From assembly GCA_030586555.1 (NCBI GenBank), contig JAURAC010000022.1, forward strand, positions 1 through 56,056: DNA of 56,056 nt, read 5' to 3'. This document shows positions 27,637 to 38,300 of this stretch, piece by piece; the first letter of the stretch is position 1, and the number at the start of each line of letters is the position of its first letter. The notes beneath the pieces are model-generated. The model saw only the letters and a program-made list of their open reading frames with translations, was not told the origin of the DNA and searched no databases. Source of the stretch: Candidatus Subterrananammoxibius californiae (GTDB lineage Bacteria; Planctomycetota; Brocadiia; Brocadiales; Subterrananammoxibiaceae). A program made the translations under genes and the position numbers.

Positions 27637-29775
27637 ATGCAAAAAATTTCTTATATTTTAGATGGTATGCGATGCGCTTCATGCGCCAGGAAGATTGAAG
27701 AAGCCGTAAAGGAGATTGATGGTGTAAAGGACGCTACAGTCAATTTCCTGACAAAGAGGCTGACTGTTGTCGGTGAGGTTTCTTCAAATACGATACAGAA
27801 AATCGTTGAAGACCTCGGCTATAGTATAAATCTAAGGTCAAGAGGTCAAGAGGTTAAGAGGCAAAGAGGACCTCTTTACCTTTTTGCCTCTTCCCCTCTT
27901 TACCTTTCCACCTTCCTTACCGTACCAGTTTTAGTTTTATCAATGTTTTTTCATAATTTTACATTTTCAGGTCTTGTACAATTTTTATTAACGTCTGCTG
28001 TTGTTTTCTTGCCAGGTTCAAGATTTTTTAAGAATGCTTTTGTTCAGCTTAAGCACGCTTCAGCCTCGATGGATACACTTATTGCCATGGGCTCAGGTGC
28101 TGCTTATGGGTACAGCGTATGGGGATTTTTCAGTGGTTGCCACGACCTTTATTTTGAAACTGCCGCCATGATTATAACTATCATACTGCTTGGCCATTTT
28201 CTTGAATCAAAGGCAAAGGGCATGGCAACTTCTGCAATAGAGAAGCTTATCGGCTTACAGGTAAAGACCGCTCGCCTTAGACGAGACGGGCAGGACGTTG
28301 ACGTCCATATTGACGAGGTACAGGTGGGAGATTATGTTGTTGTGCGTCCCGGAGAAAGAATCCCTATTGATGGAGTAGTCATTGATGGGCAAACGGGTGT
28401 TGATGAGTCTATGCTTACGGGGGAAAGCATGCCCGTAAGTAAGTCGCCAAATAACGAAGTATGTAGTGGCACCATAAACGGCACCGGTGCCATCCTAATT
28501 GAGGCTAAAAAGGTCGGCACTGATACGGTTTTAGCACATATCGTAAAATTATTGGAGGAGGTGCAAGGCTCGAAAGCCCCAATTCAACGTATTGCAGACA
28601 GGGTATCCGCAGTTTTCGTGCCAATAGTTATTTGCATTGCTTTATTAACTGCAATTGTTCATCTTCTAATGGGTTTTTCGCTTGTTGCAGCGATTTCCCC
28701 TGCGGTTGCAGTGCTTCTTATAGCGTGTCCATGTGCCTTAGGGCTTGCAACACCAACCGCAATTATGGTAGGCACTGGAAGGGCTGCCGAGGAGGGCATC
28801 TTGATTAGAAGCGCATCTGGATTGGAGCATGCTCATAAGATAGATACACTAATCCTTGACAAGACAGGAACAATAACCAGGGGCGAGCCTGCAGTCACAG
28901 ATATATACAATCCCTCTAACATTCCTGATAACGAACTCTTGCGGATGATTGCCTCCTGTGAAAGATATTCAGAGCATCCGTTAGCTAAGGCAATCCTCAG
29001 ATACACGGAGGAAAGGCGGATTGAGCCGTTATACGTTTCTGGATTTGAATCCCTCACAGGATTAGGTATTCTGGCTAAATATAATGGCTCAATTGTAACA
29101 ATTGGGAATAGGCGGTTGATGGATGAGTACGCCATTGATGTCGGTAAATATATTCAGGCAACTGATAAATGGGAAGGTAGTGGCAAGACGGTTATATTTG
29201 TGGCTATGGATGATAAGGTCATCGCAGCGCTTGCCATTGCTGATACCGTAAAAGATACGTCAAAGGCAGGCATTAATAGCATTAAGGCTATGGGGATAGA
29301 GCCTGTCATCCTTACAGGCGATAATAGAATAACTGCCGAGGCAATAGCTAAGGCGATGGATGTTCAACACGTCAAGGCTCAGATGAGACCCGAGGATAAA
29401 CTTACAGAGGTGGATTCATACCAGCGGATGGGTAAGATTGTAGGCATGGTGGGTGATGGGATAAACGATGCCCCTGCCCTGGCTAAGGCAAATGTAGGTT
29501 TTGCACTCGGAACTGGCACAGATATTGCAATTGAGTCGTCAGAGATTACCTTACTGCATGGGGATATTAGAAAGGTTGCTACTGCGATTGATTTGAGCAG
29601 GCAAACGATGAGGATTATCAAGCAAAACTTAGCATGGGCATTTGGCTTTAACATCCTTGCAATACCATTGGCAGCGCTCGGCTTACTTAACCCCGTAATT
29701 GCCTGTGGAGCCATGAGCTTGAGCTCCGTGGCAGTGGTAACAAATGCCTTAAGATTGAAAAGATGGAAGACGTGA
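27637..29775 (+). CDS. copA: Cu(I)-translocating P1B-type ATPase
   Basis: GMRCASC HMA domain, LTGES, CPCALGLATP, DKTGT, SEHP, GDGINDAP, MSLSS. Confidence 0.9.
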   Translation: MQKISYILDGMRCASCARKIEEAVKEIDGVKDATVNFLTKRLTVVGEVSSNTIQKIVEDLGYSINLRSRGQEVKRQRGPLYLFASSPLYLSTFLTVPVLVLSMFFHNFTFSGLVQFLLTSAVVFLPGSRFFKNAFVQLKHASASMDTLIAMGSGAAYGYSVWGFFSGCHDLYFETAAMIITIILLGHFLESKAKGMATSAIEKLIGLQVKTARLRRDGQDVDVHIDEVQVGDYVVVRPGERIPIDGVVIDGQTGVDESMLTGESMPVSKSPNNEVCSGTINGTGAILIEAKKVGTDTVLAHIVKLLEEVQGSKAPIQRIADRVSAVFVPIVICIALLTAIVHLLMGFSLVAAISPAVAVLLIACPCALGLATPTAIMVGTGRAAEEGILIRSASGLEHAHKIDTLILDKTGTITRGEPAVTDIYNPSNIPDNELLRMIASCERYSEHPLAKAILRYTEERRIEPLYVSGFESLTGLGILAKYNGSIVTIGNRRLMDEYAIDVGKYIQATDKWEGSGKTVIFVAMDDKVIAALAIADTVKDTSKAGINSIKAMGIEPVILTGDNRITAEAIAKAMDVQHVKAQMRPEDKLTEVDSYQRMGKIVGMVGDGINDAPALAKANVGFALGTGTDIAIESSEITLLHGDIRKVATAIDLSRQTMRIIKQNLAWAFGFNILAIPLAALGLLNPVIACGAMSLSSVAVVTNALRLKRWKT
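27836..27906. repeat. Inverted octamer array, in-frame in the CopA linker
   Basis: ggtcaaga ggtcaaga ggttaaga ggcaaaga gg / cctcttta cctttttg cctcttcc cctcttta cc encodes RSRGQEVKRQRGPLYLFASSPLY. Confidence 0.85.
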
Positions 29776-29840
29776 GATGTAGAGACGGAAGACGTTAGAT
29801 GACTCATCATCTTACTTCTTTTGTCTCACTTCTTTCGTCT
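29758..29840. repeat. Inverted heptamer array (AGATGKG/AGACG units) spanning the copA stop
   Basis: agatgga-agacgtg-agatgtag-agacgga-agacgtt-agatg / catctta-cttcttt-tgtctca-cttcttt-cgtct. Confidence 0.75.
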
Positions 29841-29876
29841 GTGGCTGAAAAATAACATTGTGGCGAAAGAATTTGG

Positions 29877-29905
29877 TTGACATTTTACAGCCTGTAAAAT
29901 ATAAT
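29877..29905 (+). promoter_or_regulatory. Consensus promoter with a palindromic operator filling the spacer
   Basis: TTGACA-TTTTACAgccTGTAAAA-TATAAT (17-nt spacer). Confidence 0.85.
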
Positions 29906-29915
29906 ATCCCGAAAT

Positions 29916-30389
29916 ATGGCAATTTTAGGAGGTATTTTTTTTACAAGGCAGAAAAATATGATTAAAAGTCTAAGATTCAGTTTCAATCCTTTCAAAGAGG
30001 GTCTAAACCAGGTGCTTGGGGATTTGGAAAAGAGGATTATGGAGATACTATGGGAAAAGGGCGAGTCCACCATTCGTGAAATCCTGGACTCACTACCTCA
30101 CGGCCTTGCCCCATCTTATTCGACCGTAATTACAGTAACAAATAGGCTGGCAAAGAAGGGTCTCCTTGAAAGAAAGAAGGTTAAGAAGACATTCTTCTAT
30201 AGACCATTGTATGGTAAGGACGAATTTTATGGGCTTGTCTCAAGGAAGGTTGTAGAGGGTGTATCATCATTATCCCCATACACTACTATGGTCAATTTGG
30301 TGGACATTGTTGCTAAGGCAAATCCGGATAGGATGGAACAATTAGCCAGATTAATCGAAGAAAAGAAGTTGCAAAAGGGCAGTAATTAA
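29916..30389 (+). CDS. BlaI/MecI/CopY family repressor (no cysteines)
   Basis: LGDLEKRIMEILW...SYSTVITVTNRLAKKGLLER. Alternative start at 29958. Confidence 0.9.
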   Translation: MAILGGIFFTRQKNMIKSLRFSFNPFKEGLNQVLGDLEKRIMEILWEKGESTIREILDSLPHGLAPSYSTVITVTNRLAKKGLLERKKVKKTFFYRPLYGKDEFYGLVSRKVVEGVSSLSPYTTMVNLVDIVAKANPDRMEQLARLIEEKKLQKGSN

Positions 30390-31514
30390 ATGGCTGTTAG
30401 GATAAGAACATTACCCACCCCCGTATCGTTGTACGGGGCAAGCCAACAGATGGCGGGCAAGCAAGACAATCGAACATTTAAAGCCTTTGCGCTTATGATA
30501 CTAATGGCAGCAGCCTTTATTGCCTTTATAGGCATTGGGGCAACCGTTGGGATAAAGGGCTTAATTAGCACCACTACGTCGCTTTTTTATGCAGCCTTTT
30601 GTCATTGCGCATCTCTTACGGTTTGTGCCGGTACAGATGCAGCTAACTTCTGGAGCAATCTGGCTCATCGTCTACAAGTCCCCGAAGCAATTTTCTTCTG
30701 GACAGGTCTTGGAGTCTTCAGCACCGGCATCTTAAAGGCAATAATCAAGTCATTAAGCCTCATGCTTGGTGACAGAAGATTCATCAGGAGTATAGCTGAG
30801 GTACCTATTGATAATTATCCACGCCATAGAGCCACCCTTTCCGTACTTAATCTTTCGAAAATTTTTGTACTATTTCGAGATGATAACCTTAAATATTCAT
30901 TTACCCTCGGTATGTGGAAGCCAAAGTTATACATGTCCACGGGCACTTATTCTTATTTAACCGATGAGGAATTCCTATCTACAATATTACACGAGGACTA
31001 TCACCGCAGGCATAAGGACCCGTTAAGATTGTTTGTTGTTAACGTCGCCCGGGAACTGCTTTACTTCTTGCCCATAAGTAATTATCTATCAAGGGTATTT
31101 CTTGACGCCAAAGAGAAGGCTGCGGATGACAATGCTGTTTATGCGTCGGGTCAACCACTCGAACTTGCAAGCGCAATCGTCAAGCTTGCTAAATCAGCCC
31201 CCCGGCTTTCACATGTCGTGCCTAAGGCAGATTCGCCGTGGCGAACATACCTCGCTAATTCTATGTCTGGCATGGATACAGTAGAAGAAAGAGTGAGGCG
31301 ATTAGTTGGAAAAGAATTAGAAAATAACGATAAAAAGCCTTCAAGAAAAACCCTTTTTTTAAGCGTGGCGCTTTGTGCCTTTTTCTTTGGAGCTATATTT
31401 GTTAATGGTATTGCCTTATTTACTCATAGTGGAAAAATTACGCACTGTATGAGTCATAGTTGTTCTATGAAATGCAGCAGTTCGCAGCGGGAAATAAATC
31501 ACGCATTACATTAG
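30390..31514 (+). CDS. M56 family (BlaR1-like) membrane metallopeptidase lacking a penicillin-binding sensor domain
   Basis: ILHEDYHRRHKDPL, EKAADD, TM helices, and Cys/His clusters CHCASLTVC and THCMSHSCSMKC. Confidence 0.85.
   Translation: MAVRIRTLPTPVSLYGASQQMAGKQDNRTFKAFALMILMAAAFIAFIGIGATVGIKGLISTTTSLFYAAFCHCASLTVCAGTDAANFWSNLAHRLQVPEAIFFWTGLGVFSTGILKAIIKSLSLMLGDRRFIRSIAEVPIDNYPRHRATLSVLNLSKIFVLFRDDNLKYSFTLGMWKPKLYMSTGTYSYLTDEEFLSTILHEDYHRRHKDPLRLFVVNVARELLYFLPISNYLSRVFLDAKEKAADDNAVYASGQPLELASAIVKLAKSAPRLSHVVPKADSPWRTYLANSMSGMDTVEERVRRLVGKELENNDKKPSRKTLFLSVALCAFFFGAIFVNGIALFTHSGKITHCMSHSCSMKCSSSQREINHALH
31213..31248. repeat. GTCGTGCCT-family element, in-frame in the M56 peptidase
   Basis: tgtcgtgcctaaggcagattcgccgtggcga encodes VVPKADSPWR. 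Confidence 0.75.
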
Positions 31515-31533
31515 AGATTTTTTTAATATGACG

Positions 31534-31550
31534 TTTTACAAGATGTAAAA
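31534..31550. promoter_or_regulatory. Second copy of the putative BlaI-like operator, upstream of tolC
   Basis: TTTTACAagaTGTAAAA, same arms and spacing as 29883-29899. Confidence 0.75.
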
Positions 31551-31584
31551 GTTTCTCTGAACAATTTCAGGGAGAATAAACATT

Positions 31585-32865
31585 ATGAAAACAAGACCTT
31601 TAAAGTTGTATGCATTATTTATGTTGTTTAGCCTTTTAGCTAATCTGTCAGCCTCAGCAGATGAAAATGTCCTTAGCTTGAACTGGGTCATTAATGAGGC
31701 GATTCAGAATAATCCAGAACTTCAGGCAGCGTACAAACGATGGAACTCTGCAAAGGAAAAGATACCACAAGCCCGTGCCCTCGATAATCCCATAGTTGGT
31801 TACAAATACACAGGCGAGGAAGGGATGACGGCTACTACCCCCATGCAACACAACTTTTTTGGTTCTCAGAACTTTCCATTCTTTGGGAAGCTGCGCCTGA
31901 AAGGAGAAATTGCATCAAAGGAAGCAAATATTGCAGAGGCGCAGTACAACGCCATAAAAAGAAGCCTCCTTGCGAGGGTTAAAAATGCTTATTATGAACT
32001 TTATTATGTTTATAAATCTATAAGGATAAATGAAGAAAACAAAGACCTGCTTAAAGGGTTTGAAGAGATTGCACGAACAAAATACACAACGGGGGTGGTC
32101 ACACAGCAGGACGTGCTAAAAGCACAGGTGGAGGTCTCAAAGATTATAAATGAGTTAATTACCCTCGAAAGATTAAAGGAAACGGTAGTGGCAAGACTGA
32201 ACAGCTTGCTTAACCGACCGCCCCACACTCCGTTGGGAGTATCGGAGGATTTTGAGCCTGCAAAATTTACTTTAACATTAGACAAACTTTATCAGATGAC
32301 CCGTGAAATAAGTCCTGAACTTAAGCAATTCGCTTACGATATTGAAAAGAATGATGCAACAAAGAGGCTTGCAAAAAAGCAGTATCTGCCGGACTTTACG
32401 GTTGGGGTGGAATATACGGACAAACGCTTCTTACCTTCAGGTTTAGAGCCGGTTGGTGGTGGGGTACGAGATGAGTGGGCAGGCACCGTCAGCATTACCG
32501 TACCCCTATTTCAGAAACAAAGGTGGGATGCAGGCGTAAGGCAGTCCGTAGCAGACCTTGAAGCAAGTCAGAGGGCTTACAAGAATATGGAGAATACGGC
32601 TTTCTTCGGTGTCAAGGACTCGCATTTCAGAATCCAGACGGCTGAAAGGCTTATAGAACTTTATAAAAATAGCATAATCCCACAGGCTGAACAGTCCCTG
32701 AAGGCGGCTGAGATTGGCTATCAGACAGGCAAGGTAGATTTTCTTCAACTTATTGACAGTCAAAGGGTGCTTTTATTCTTCCGCCTTGCTTATTACAGGG
32801 CTGTTGCAGACTTTGAACAAAACTTTGCCGAACTGGAAAGGATTGTGGGGACGGAACTAAAATAG
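31585..32865 (+). CDS. TolC family outer membrane efflux protein (CusC-like role)
   Basis: Signal peptide, NNPEL, AYYEL, YQTGKVDFLQLIDSQ repeats. Lies upstream of cusB and cusA. Confidence 0.88.
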   Translation: MKTRPLKLYALFMLFSLLANLSASADENVLSLNWVINEAIQNNPELQAAYKRWNSAKEKIPQARALDNPIVGYKYTGEEGMTATTPMQHNFFGSQNFPFFGKLRLKGEIASKEANIAEAQYNAIKRSLLARVKNAYYELYYVYKSIRINEENKDLLKGFEEIARTKYTTGVVTQQDVLKAQVEVSKIINELITLERLKETVVARLNSLLNRPPHTPLGVSEDFEPAKFTLTLDKLYQMTREISPELKQFAYDIEKNDATKRLAKKQYLPDFTVGVEYTDKRFLPSGLEPVGGGVRDEWAGTVSITVPLFQKQRWDAGVRQSVADLEASQRAYKNMENTAFFGVKDSHFRIQTAERLIELYKNSIIPQAEQSLKAAEIGYQTGKVDFLQLIDSQRVLLFFRLAYYRAVADFEQNFAELERIVGTELK

Positions 32866-33002
32866 TGGAAAGGGACGAGGTGATAGTGGCGAGTGAAGGA
32901 AAAAGACACGAAGTTGGGAATTTAGGAAGATAGGAAGTTCTTAACTTCTCAAGTTCTCAACTTCTTGTTTCACTAACACCTCGCCACCCGTCACTCGTCA
33001 CT
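32863..33002. repeat. AGTGGCG-unit palindromic element with a nested octamer palindrome
   Basis: Left arm cgaggtgatagtggcgagtg (32876-32895), inner aagttggg-aatttagg-aagatagg/aacttctc-aagttctc, right arm cactaacacctcgccacccgtcactcgtcact. Confidence 0.85.
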
Positions 33003-33012
33003 AAGATAGGAG

Positions 33013-34818
33013 ATGTTTAAGATGAAAAAAATAATACTCGTAGTAATTGTTCCAATAGTAATTTTACTATCTGCTGGAGGTTTCTTTTTACTTTATAAAA
33101 AGAGCGCTCCTACGCCAGTAGAACAAAAGACCGTTGAAACCGCAGAGAAGGCCACAACAGGAAAAAAAATACTTTACTGGACATGCGCTATGCACCCCTC
33201 TGTGAGAATGGAAGAACCGGGGAAGTGTCCAGTGTGCGGGATGAACCTAACGCCTGTTTATGAGGGCGCAGTGGCTATAAAGGAGGAGGGGGAGGTTTCC
33301 AGGGCAGAGCTAAGCGAAAGGGCGCAGGAGCTCACCCCGGTAAAAACAGATAAAGTGGCGTACCTCCCCTTAACGAAGGACATCTACACCGTGGGACGCA
33401 TTGATTACGATGAAAGGAGGCTTAAATACGCCTCTGCCTGGATTATGGGAAGGATAGATAAGTTGTTTGTGGACTTTACAGGGGTTGACGTACAGAAAGG
33501 CGACCCGCTAATATGGATTTACAGCCCTGACCTCGTATCTACACAGGAAGAATATCTTTTAGCGCTCGAAACAATGGACAAGGTAAAGGATAGTCAAGTT
33601 AAAGAAACGCTCGAGGGGGCGCATAGGCTTGTTGAGGCATCCAAAAACCGCTTGCTCCTGTGGGGTATTAAAGAGGAGCAAATAAATGAATTAGAAAAGA
33701 CAAGGAAGGCAAGTACCCATTTGACCATATACGCCCCAATCGGCGGCACTGTAATTTCCAAAGACGCCTTTGAAGGTAAGTATGTGATGCAGGGGGAGAA
33801 GATATACACCATCTCCGATTTAACGAATCTGTGGATGAAGGCAGACGTTTATGAGTACGAGATGGCATGGGTTAAGGTGGAAATGGAAGTAGAGATTTCT
33901 ACCCCTACATATCCTGCAGAGGTTTTCACTGGAACTGTATCCTTTATAGACCCGTTCCTCGATGAAAAGACACGCTCCGTAAAGATACGTGTTGACGTCC
34001 GTAACCCGGAACGGAAGCTTAAACCCGGTATGTATGCCAATGCCCGCATAAGGGTACCTCTTGAGGGGGTATACCATGTCGGTGCCGCTGAAAAAAGCGT
34101 CATTAAAAGGTATGTATGCCCAACCGAACCAGGAAAACATCAAGAATTCGCTAATCCAGGGGTATGCCCTCATTGCGCTGAAAAACTAAAAGAGGTCAAG
34201 GAATTTGTTTCTTTAAAGGATACTTATACGTGTCCCATGCATCCGGAGGTTGTTTCCGACAAACCCGATGATTGTCCAAAATGCGGTATGAAACTTGAAA
34301 AGAAAGAAGTTACCAGCGGAAACGATACCTATACCTGCCCTATGCATCCGGAGGTCGTTTCAGACAAACCCGGTGATTGTCCTGAATGTGGCATGCATCT
34401 TGAAAAGAAGGAATCGTTGTCAATGCCAATAAAGATAACCACTACGCATGAGTGTGAATTGTCAGAGAGCGTAGTTTTGAAGGAAGGTGAAAAGGCATTC
34501 TGCCCTGTTTGCAAGGTGGAAATGGAGTTAAAGGTGTACTTCCTTGCCATTCCTTCAACTGCTGTACTGGATACAGGGGTAAGAAAGATTGTGTATCTTG
34601 ACAGGGGCAATGGCGTCTATATCGGTAAGAATGTAAAAGTAGGTCTTGAGGCAACAACTGTGGTTGATGGCGAGATATTGCGTTACTATCCGGTTATTGA
34701 AGGTCTGAAGGAGGATGATGTGGTTGTCACATCCGCTAATTTGCTCATAGACTCTCAGACCCAGCTTACTGGTGGCGCAAGCCTCCTGTACGGTGGCGCA
34801 ACGGAGATTAAAAAATAG
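33013..34818 (+). CDS. cusB: RND periplasmic adaptor with multiple heavy-metal-binding domains
   Basis: WTCAMHP..CPVCGM, YSPDLVSTQEEYL, LKPGMY, and two YTCPMHPEVVSDKP.DCP.CGM repeats. Confidence 0.88.
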   Translation: MFKMKKIILVVIVPIVILLSAGGFFLLYKKSAPTPVEQKTVETAEKATTGKKILYWTCAMHPSVRMEEPGKCPVCGMNLTPVYEGAVAIKEEGEVSRAELSERAQELTPVKTDKVAYLPLTKDIYTVGRIDYDERRLKYASAWIMGRIDKLFVDFTGVDVQKGDPLIWIYSPDLVSTQEEYLLALETMDKVKDSQVKETLEGAHRLVEASKNRLLLWGIKEEQINELEKTRKASTHLTIYAPIGGTVISKDAFEGKYVMQGEKIYTISDLTNLWMKADVYEYEMAWVKVEMEVEISTPTYPAEVFTGTVSFIDPFLDEKTRSVKIRVDVRNPERKLKPGMYANARIRVPLEGVYHVGAAEKSVIKRYVCPTEPGKHQEFANPGVCPHCAEKLKEVKEFVSLKDTYTCPMHPEVVSDKPDDCPKCGMKLEKKEVTSGNDTYTCPMHPEVVSDKPGDCPECGMHLEKKESLSMPIKITTTHECELSESVVLKEGEKAFCPVCKVEMELKVYFLAIPSTAVLDTGVRKIVYLDRGNGVYIGKNVKVGLEATTVVDGEILRYYPVIEGLKEDDVVVTSANLLIDSQTQLTGGASLLYGGATEIKK

Positions 34819-35210
34819 TGGCGAGTGGCGAGGTGATAGTGGCAAGTGAAAGAATTAAACATTTTACACAGTTAAAGGTCTGGCAAAAGGCTCATTATCT
34901 TTTCCTGGACGCTTTGAAAGATGTAGCGGTATATCCCAAGCTTGAAGGGGCAAGAATTGTTACATCGCAGGTCTTAAGGAGTATAGGCTCTATTGAGGCA
35001 AATATAGTGGAAGGTTTTAATGCTAAAAGTACGAAACAATATGCCCACTGCCTCGACATTGCAAGAAGAACAGCAGCAGAATCTGAAAATTGGTATTACA
35101 AAATAAGGGATGCAGGATATTTAACTAAGACCACAGCAAATAAGCGTATAAGTGAATGCATTGAAATCTCTAAGATGATTCAAGCTATAATTAACAAGCT
35201 AAAAATTTAG
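34818..35210 (+). CDS. Four-helix-bundle protein (23S rRNA IVP-like family)
   Basis: FTQLKVWQKAH...SQVLRSIGSIEANIVEGF...IARRTAAE. Exact start uncertain because the N-terminus is repeat-encoded. Confidence 0.85.
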   Translation: MASGEVIVASERIKHFTQLKVWQKAHYLFLDALKDVAVYPKLEGARIVTSQVLRSIGSIEANIVEGFNAKSTKQYAHCLDIARRTAAESENWYYKIRDAGYLTKTTANKRISECIEISKMIQAIINKLKI

Positions 35211-35313
35211 TGATAGAAAAAGGCAGTGATAAGTAACGAGGTGATAGTGGCGAGTGTAGGTAAGAGTTTTAAAATTTTCCTTCACTCGTCACTATCTCCT
35301 TACCACTTGTCAC
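35208..35313. repeat. AGTGGCG-unit palindromic element downstream of the four-helix-bundle gene
   Basis: cgaggtgatagtggcgagtg (35237-35256) repeats 34829-34848 and 32876-32895. Right arm cactcgtcactatctccttaccacttgtcact. Confidence 0.85.
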
Positions 35314-35323
35314 TGGATTTTAT

Positions 35324-38300
35324 ATGGTAAGCAAACTAATCCGTTATTGTCTTGAAAATAGGTTTGTAATAATTATCTTCTATTGTTTCATTCTATTTGC
35401 AGGGTACTATTGCCTTAATAGGATGCCCATAGATGCCATTCCTGATATTGGGGAGAACCAGTCTATCGTTTTCACCGATTGGCCCGGTAGAAGCCCAACG
35501 GACGTAGAGAACCAGATAACTTATCCACTTACAAGAGCCTTACAAGGTGTGCCCGGGGTTAAGGTCATCCGCTCCTCATCCGCCTTCGGCTTCTCAATGA
35601 TATACTTGATATTCAAGGACGATATAAATTTTTACTGGGCGCGTTCTCGTATCCTTGAACGTCTTAACCTGGCGCAGAAATGGTTGCCTCCGGGTGTAAT
35701 CGCCACATTAGGACCAGATGCCACAGGACTGGGGCAGATATTCTGGTACACAATTGAAGGTAAGGGCTATGACCTTGCCCAGCTCCGCTCCCTGCAGGAC
35801 TGGTTCGTCCGCTATCAACTTAATGCAGTTGAAGGGGTGTCAGAGGTGGCGCCTATTGGAGGGTTCGTAAAGCAATATCAGGTTGATGTTGACCCCAACA
35901 GGATGCTTGCCCATGATGTGAAACTTAGCGAGGTATTTAACGCCGTCAGGTCATGTAACATTGACATTGGCGCCAAGGTTATCGAAAAAAACATGATGGA
36001 ATATATAATTCGAGGCGTCGGCTTCATAAAGACCATCGAGGATGTAGAGAACGTTGTGGTTGCCGAAAAGAAGGGCGTACCAGTGTATATTAAAAACATA
36101 GGCAAGGTAACCTTTGGACCTGAATTTCGTAGAGGGGCATTGGATAAGGCGGGACAAGAGGTTACAGGTGGCGTGGTAATAATGCGATACGGACAGAACC
36201 CGCGTCAAATCACCGACCGCATACAAGCAAAGATTAAAGAGATTGAACCTGCCCTTCCACCAGGGGTAAAGATTGTACCCTTCTACCAACGCAAGACGCT
36301 TATAAACGCCACCGTTGCAACCCTTAAAGAGGCTCTAACGGAGGAATCAATCCTCGCAAGCGTAATAGTTATAATATTCCTCTTAAACTTACAAACGAGC
36401 ATTGTTGTTTGTATAACGCTTCCCCTTTCAATAATGATTTCATTTATTGCAATGTACTTCCTTAAGATCGAAGCCAATATCATGTCCCTTAGCGGTATCG
36501 CCATTGCAATCGGGGAATTATCGGACATGGGGATTATTATAAGTGAAAATTGCTTTAGACATCTTCAGTTATACAGAAAAGAAAAGGGGATAATTGAAAC
36601 GATATATGGCGCGTGCAGTGAGGTTGGTAGCGCCGTAATAGCGGCTAACCTTACTACCGTCGTATCCTTCTTCCCTGTATTTGCCCTGATAGGACAGGAA
36701 GGAAAGCTATTTCGTCCATTAGCCTACACAAAGAGTTTTGCCCTCCTTGCATCGTTAATAATCGCCCTTACGCTCATACCAGTGCTTTGCACCTTTTTAC
36801 TCAGGGGGAAGATACCTCCACCAGAAAAAAATATTACCACGAGGGCGTTACAGGCATTTTATAGGCCTCGTCTCCATTGGATACTCAGACACAAAGCAGT
36901 CTTCCTTTCAATTGTCTTTACAATAATGATTGGTGGTTTCTTCACGGCTGCAGGTGCTAAGATTATCACCCGACCATTTGCAAAAGTAGTGGGTCTTGAA
37001 AGAGAGCTTGCAATGGGGAAAAGAAGTCATTCTACAATTGCAAGGGCGTTATGGAAGATAGAACATACAATTCCTGGTATGGGCAAAGAATTTATGCCGC
37101 CCCTCGATGAGGGTTCAATACTTTTTATGCCCACAATGCTTCCCAACACAGGTATTACCCAGGCTGTAGAGACCATAGGACAACAGGATTTAATTATCAG
37201 AACCTTCCCTGAGGTTGAATCTGTTGTTGGTAAGGTTGGCAGGGCTGAAACGGCAACCGACCCCGCACCTATTGAAATGTTTGAAACAATTATAATGCTT
37301 CATCCAAAAGAAACCTGGCTTAAAAGGAAGATAAAGAAAGGGTTTGTAACAGAACTGACCTCTGACGTGGTTGAGTGGTTGGGGGAAAACAAGTACATAG
37401 AGAAATTGCCCGACGACATCGAGTCCATTGGAGGGGACATAGAACACAATGTAAGCCGTGATGTCAATGTATTCGTCAGGGAAAGGCTTTTTGAAGGTAC
37501 CCCCCAGGAACAGGTGAACCGAGAGTTGCCGGGTTTCATTACTGACAAACTGGCAGAACGACTGGCTTTAACCCTTAATGGTGATAAATTGGCTAAAGGA
37601 AACCCCAACCCGTCATTGCGAGGGGACGCAGTCCCCGAAACAATCTCAAGGGAGGGGATTGCTTCGCCTTCGGCTCGCAATGACATAAGCAACGACGAGA
37701 ACTTACCTACCATTATCCGCAATGCCTTCCTTGACACTGTTACACGTAAGCTGCCACTTGTCGCCACCACCAAGCAGGAGCTTATTGAGGAAATGAATGA
37801 GGAACTCGAAATACCCGGCGCTGCAAACATCTGGACCCAGCCAATCGTTAACAGGATTGACATGCTTGCAACAGGGATAAGAACCTCGGTAGGCGTAAAG
37901 GTCTTTGGTGTTGATAAGGACATAGAGACAACCATAGCGAATATAGAAAAGATAGAACAGCAGATTGAGGCAATCTTAAAGAGGGTTCCTGGCTCAGCCG
38001 ACCTTTACGCAGAACGTATCTCTGGTAAGCCATATATCGAATTTATTATTAAACGTGATGAGATAGCCCGTTACGGCGTCATGCTTGGGGACGTTCAGGA
38101 TGTAATTACAACAGCGGTAGGTGGAGAGAACTTAACATGGACTGTAGAGGGTAGAGAACGCTACCCTGTTCGAGTCAGGTACCTGAGGGAATTGCGTGAT
38201 AATGTTACTGCATTAAAGCGCATCCTCGTGCCAACACCGACAGGCGCCCAGATACCTCTTAGCCAGCTTGTTGATATTCGCATGATTCCGGGTCCAGCAA

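Noticed and set aside
34818..35210. Diversity-generating retroelement suggested by the Avd-like fold
   Set aside because: No reverse transcriptase and no template/variable repeat pair differing at adenines seen in the window.
37612..37684. Intein or intron explanation for the in-frame inserts
   Set aside because: The inserts are about 5-25 aa, lack intein terminal motifs and match intergenic hairpins.
37300..37935. 211-aa antisense ORF and the other short antisense ORFs in the track
   Set aside because: Fully overlap well-supported genes on the opposite strand.
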